A stretch of DNA of 64,000 nt from assembly GCA_963772355.1 (NCBI GenBank), contig CAVYXX010000068.1, positions 3,430 to 67,429 on the forward strand, given 5' to 3'. The notes below the pieces were generated by a model. The model ran no database searches, was not told where the DNA came from, and saw nothing but the letters and a program-made list of their open reading frames with translations. Positions 61,548-64,000 of the stretch are shown here, piece by piece; the first letter of the stretch is position 1; every line of letters begins with the position of its first letter. Origin of the DNA: an uncultured Alphaproteobacteria bacterium. Lineage in GTDB: Bacteria > Pseudomonadota > Alphaproteobacteria > Acetobacterales > Acetobacteraceae. Made by a program: the position numbers and the translations under genes.

Positions 61548-62816
61548 ATGCCGGAGCCAATCCCGCCTTCCCGCATCGAAGTCGACTATCTGGTCGAGAC
61601 GATCATCGATCCGCACCGTGCGGTCGAGATCATGGCCGGCGAGCAATCCAGCGGCACGTTCGTTGCGGTGCCAGGCGAAACACCGGAGCTGAAAGCGCGC
61701 TCGGCGGCTCGGATTGAGCGGCTGACGTTGCTGGACGATCCTGTGCCGACCCCCTCGCTGCCCACCACTGCTAAGATCGCGCCCGGCAACCTGCGCCGCG
61801 CGGCTGCCACCCTCTCCTGGCCGATGGAAAACCTCGGGCCTTCACTGCCGAACCTGTTGGCAACGGTAGCTGGCAACCTGTTCGAGCTGCAGCAGTTCAC
61901 TGGCCTGCGCATCGAGGACATCCGTCTGCCGCAAGCCTTTGCCGATGCCTATCCCGGTCCGCGCTTCGGCGTCGAGGGCACCCGCCGGCTGGCTGGAGTG
62001 CACGATCGGCCGTTAATCGGCACCATCGTGAAGCCGAGCGTCGGCTTCGGACCAGAGGAAACCGCATCACTGGTGCGCAAGCTGTGCGAAGGTGGAATCG
62101 ACTTCATCAAGGACGATGAACTGCAGTCCGACGGGCCGCACTGCCCATTCGACGCCCGGGTGCGCGCCGTCATGCGCGTGATCAACGCCCATGCCGAACA
62201 CACCGGCCGGAAGGTGATGTACGCTTTCAATCTTACCGGCGACCTCGACCAGATGCGCCACCGGCATGACCTTCTGGTGACCGAAGGCGCCACCTGCCTG
62301 ATGGCTAGCCTCAATTCCGTAGGCCTGGTGGGTATGATCGAGCTCGGACGCAGCACAGAGCTGCCGATCCACGCCCATCGCAACGGCTGGGGCGCGCTGA
62401 CCCGACATCCGCTGCTCGGCTGGTCCTATACCGCTTGGCAGAAGATTTGGCGCTTGGCCGGCGCCGACCACATGCACGTCAACGGCCTCGCCAACAAATT
62501 CTTCGAAGACGACGAAAGCGTGATCCGCTCGGCGCGGGAGTGTCTGAGACCGATGTTCCCGGGTAAGCCGTGCCTCGCCATGCCGGTGTTCTCCTCCGGG
62601 CAGACGGTTCGGCAAGCCCCCGGCACATTCGCAGGCCTCGGCTCGACCGACCTCATCGTAACTGCAGGCGGCGGCATCATGGCGCACCCGGACGGCCCGG
62701 GGGCGGGCGTGCGTGCCCTGCGCGACGCGTGGGATGCAGCGGTGGCCGGCGTGCCGCTCGCCGACTATGCGCGCGAGCACCCGGCGCTGGCCCACGCCCT
62801 CGGTGCCGCAGCATGA
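61548..62816 (+). CDS. RuBisCO-like protein (form IV), sugar-acid catabolism type
   Basis: AGEQSSGTF, GTIVKPSVG, GGIDFIKDDE, HAHRNG, PVFSSG, AGGGIMAHPDG. Confidence 0.92.
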   Translation: MPEPIPPSRIEVDYLVETIIDPHRAVEIMAGEQSSGTFVAVPGETPELKARSAARIERLTLLDDPVPTPSLPTTAKIAPGNLRRAAATLSWPMENLGPSLPNLLATVAGNLFELQQFTGLRIEDIRLPQAFADAYPGPRFGVEGTRRLAGVHDRPLIGTIVKPSVGFGPEETASLVRKLCEGGIDFIKDDELQSDGPHCPFDARVRAVMRVINAHAEHTGRKVMYAFNLTGDLDQMRHRHDLLVTEGATCLMASLNSVGLVGMIELGRSTELPIHAHRNGWGALTRHPLLGWSYTAWQKIWRLAGADHMHVNGLANKFFEDDESVIRSARECLRPMFPGKPCLAMPVFSSGQTVRQAPGTFAGLGSTDLIVTAGGGIMAHPDGPGAGVRALRDAWDAAVAGVPLADYAREHPALAHALGAAA

Positions 62817-64000
62817 CGCCAGGTCGGATGCTCCGCGAGGGGCCGCTGGTCGCGTTCTATGGGGACGACTTCACCGGGTCCTCGGCGTCGATGGAGGTGC
62901 TGGCCTTCGCCGGCCTACCGACTGTGCTGTTCCTCGACCTACCCAGCCCGGCGCGCCTCGAAGCATTCCGCGCATACCGGGGGATCGGAATTGCCGGCGT
63001 TGCTCGCGCCCGCTCACCGGCTTGGATGGACGAGCACCTGCCGCCCGTCTTTCAGCTGCTCGCCACGACCGGCGCGCCGGTGCTGCACTACAAGGTCTGC
63101 TCCACTTTCGATTCCGCCCCCGCCATCGGCTCCATCGGCCACGCCGCCGATCTTGCCATCGCGCTGCTGCGCCCGTCTTGGACACCAATGGTCGTCGCCG
63201 ATCCTGGCATGGGTCGTTACCAGGCATTTGGCCATCTGTTCGCTATGGCGGACGGTATCGGCTACCGGCTCGATCGGCACCCAACCATGTCGCGCCATCC
63301 GACGACACCGATGGACGAGGCCGACCTCAATCGCCACCTGGCCAAGCAGACTGGGCACCGCACCGGGCTGGTGGACTTCGCAGCGATGAAGGGTGGCGCG
63401 GCGATGCAGCGGCTCGAGCAGGCGCTTGCGGGTGGCGCCGGCATCATCTCCATCGATGTGTTGGACCGCGAGACCCTGGTCGAAGCCGGGCGATTGATCT
63501 GGGAGTTTGGCGGCGACAGGATATTCGGCCTGGGGTCGCAGGGGTTCGAGGCGGCGCTGGTAGCGTGGTGGCAGCAAAGTGGATTGCTGCCCATGCCGAG
63601 GGCGCCTGCACATCCCGGCGCGGCGGCCCGTATCGCTTGTGTTTCCGGCTCGGTTTCCCCCGCCACCGCCGGGCAGACCGCCTATGCGCTCGCCCATGGT
63701 TTCAAGGGCATCCGGCTGGACGTGACGCTCGCCGTGGACGCAGCCAACTGGGAGGCCGAGCTAAACCGAGCGGCGGCCAAGGCGCTGGCGGCGCTGGGCA
63801 ACGGACGCGATCCGCTCGTTTTCACCGCGCTTGGCCCAGACGATCCGGCCGTGGCCGCCCTTGCCGAGGCGACGCAAACCGCCGGTCTTGCGCTAGCAGA
63901 AGTCAACGAGCGGATGGGTTCTGGCCTCGGCTACGTGCTGAACACGGTGATCCGACAGGCCGGGTTGACGAGGGCTGTGATCTCGGGCGGCGACACGTCC
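62813..64000 (+). CDS. DUF1537 four-carbon acid sugar kinase (3-oxo-isoapionate kinase-like), runs off the window
   Basis: Manual translation from ATG 62813 (ATGA overlap): FYGDDFTGS, HYKVCSTFDS, RLDRHPTMSRHP.TPMDEADL, SGSVSP, ISGGDTS. Confidence 0.9.
   Translation, partial: MTPGRMLREGPLVAFYGDDFTGSSASMEVLAFAGLPTVLFLDLPSPARLEAFRAYRGIGIAGVARARSPAWMDEHLPPVFQLLATTGAPVLHYKVCSTFDSAPAIGSIGHAADLAIALLRPSWTPMVVADPGMGRYQAFGHLFAMADGIGYRLDRHPTMSRHPTTPMDEADLNRHLAKQTGHRTGLVDFAAMKGGAAMQRLEQALAGGAGIISIDVLDRETLVEAGRLIWEFGGDRIFGLGSQGFEAALVAWWQQSGLLPMPRAPAHPGAAARIACVSGSVSPATAGQTAYALAHGFKGIRLDVTLAVDAANWEAELNRAAAKALAALGNGRDPLVFTALGPDDPAVAALAEATQTAGLALAEVNERMGSGLGYVLNTVIRQAGLTRAVISGGDTS

Noticed and set aside
61548-62816. 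CO2-fixing RuBisCO
   Set aside because: HMHVNG and FSSG replace the HxGT and SGG motifs, there is no small subunit or phosphoribulokinase gene nearby, and the DUF1537 neighbour indicates form IV.
1-64000. CRISPR arrays, tRNA or rRNA genes, intact prophage
   Set aside because: No regularly spaced repeats, cloverleaf motifs, rRNA signatures or phage structural genes were seen by eye.

Overview
GC-rich alphaproteobacterial DNA, most likely Acetobacteraceae/Rhodopila-like (inferred from gene content such as the GNAT-MutT fusion and the rarA...rluC-asmA-ATP12-acylphosphatase block). Bases 1-24 kb are accessory and full of decayed mobile DNA (IS630, several IS6 pieces, IS110 and IS1634 scraps, a truncated group II intron) among catabolic and efflux genes. 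Bases 24-54 kb are mostly core genes, interrupted between rarA and rluC by a PAS-kinase/hybrid-kinase pair and a calpain-like protease that carry two copies of one promoter, the calpain copy with a perfect CtrA box. From 54 kb lies the best candidate for an undescribed system: a PepSY protein, an OmpR/QseBC-like two-component pair, a 9-heme c-type cytochrome and an outer-membrane beta-barrel, tied together by a shared 17-bp promoter box. An SDR / RuBisCO-like protein / DUF1537 kinase sugar-acid operon follows. Many genes have single-base frameshifts that look like long-read errors. No rRNA, tRNA or CRISPR array was seen. All family calls come from motif recognition by eye; no database search was run.
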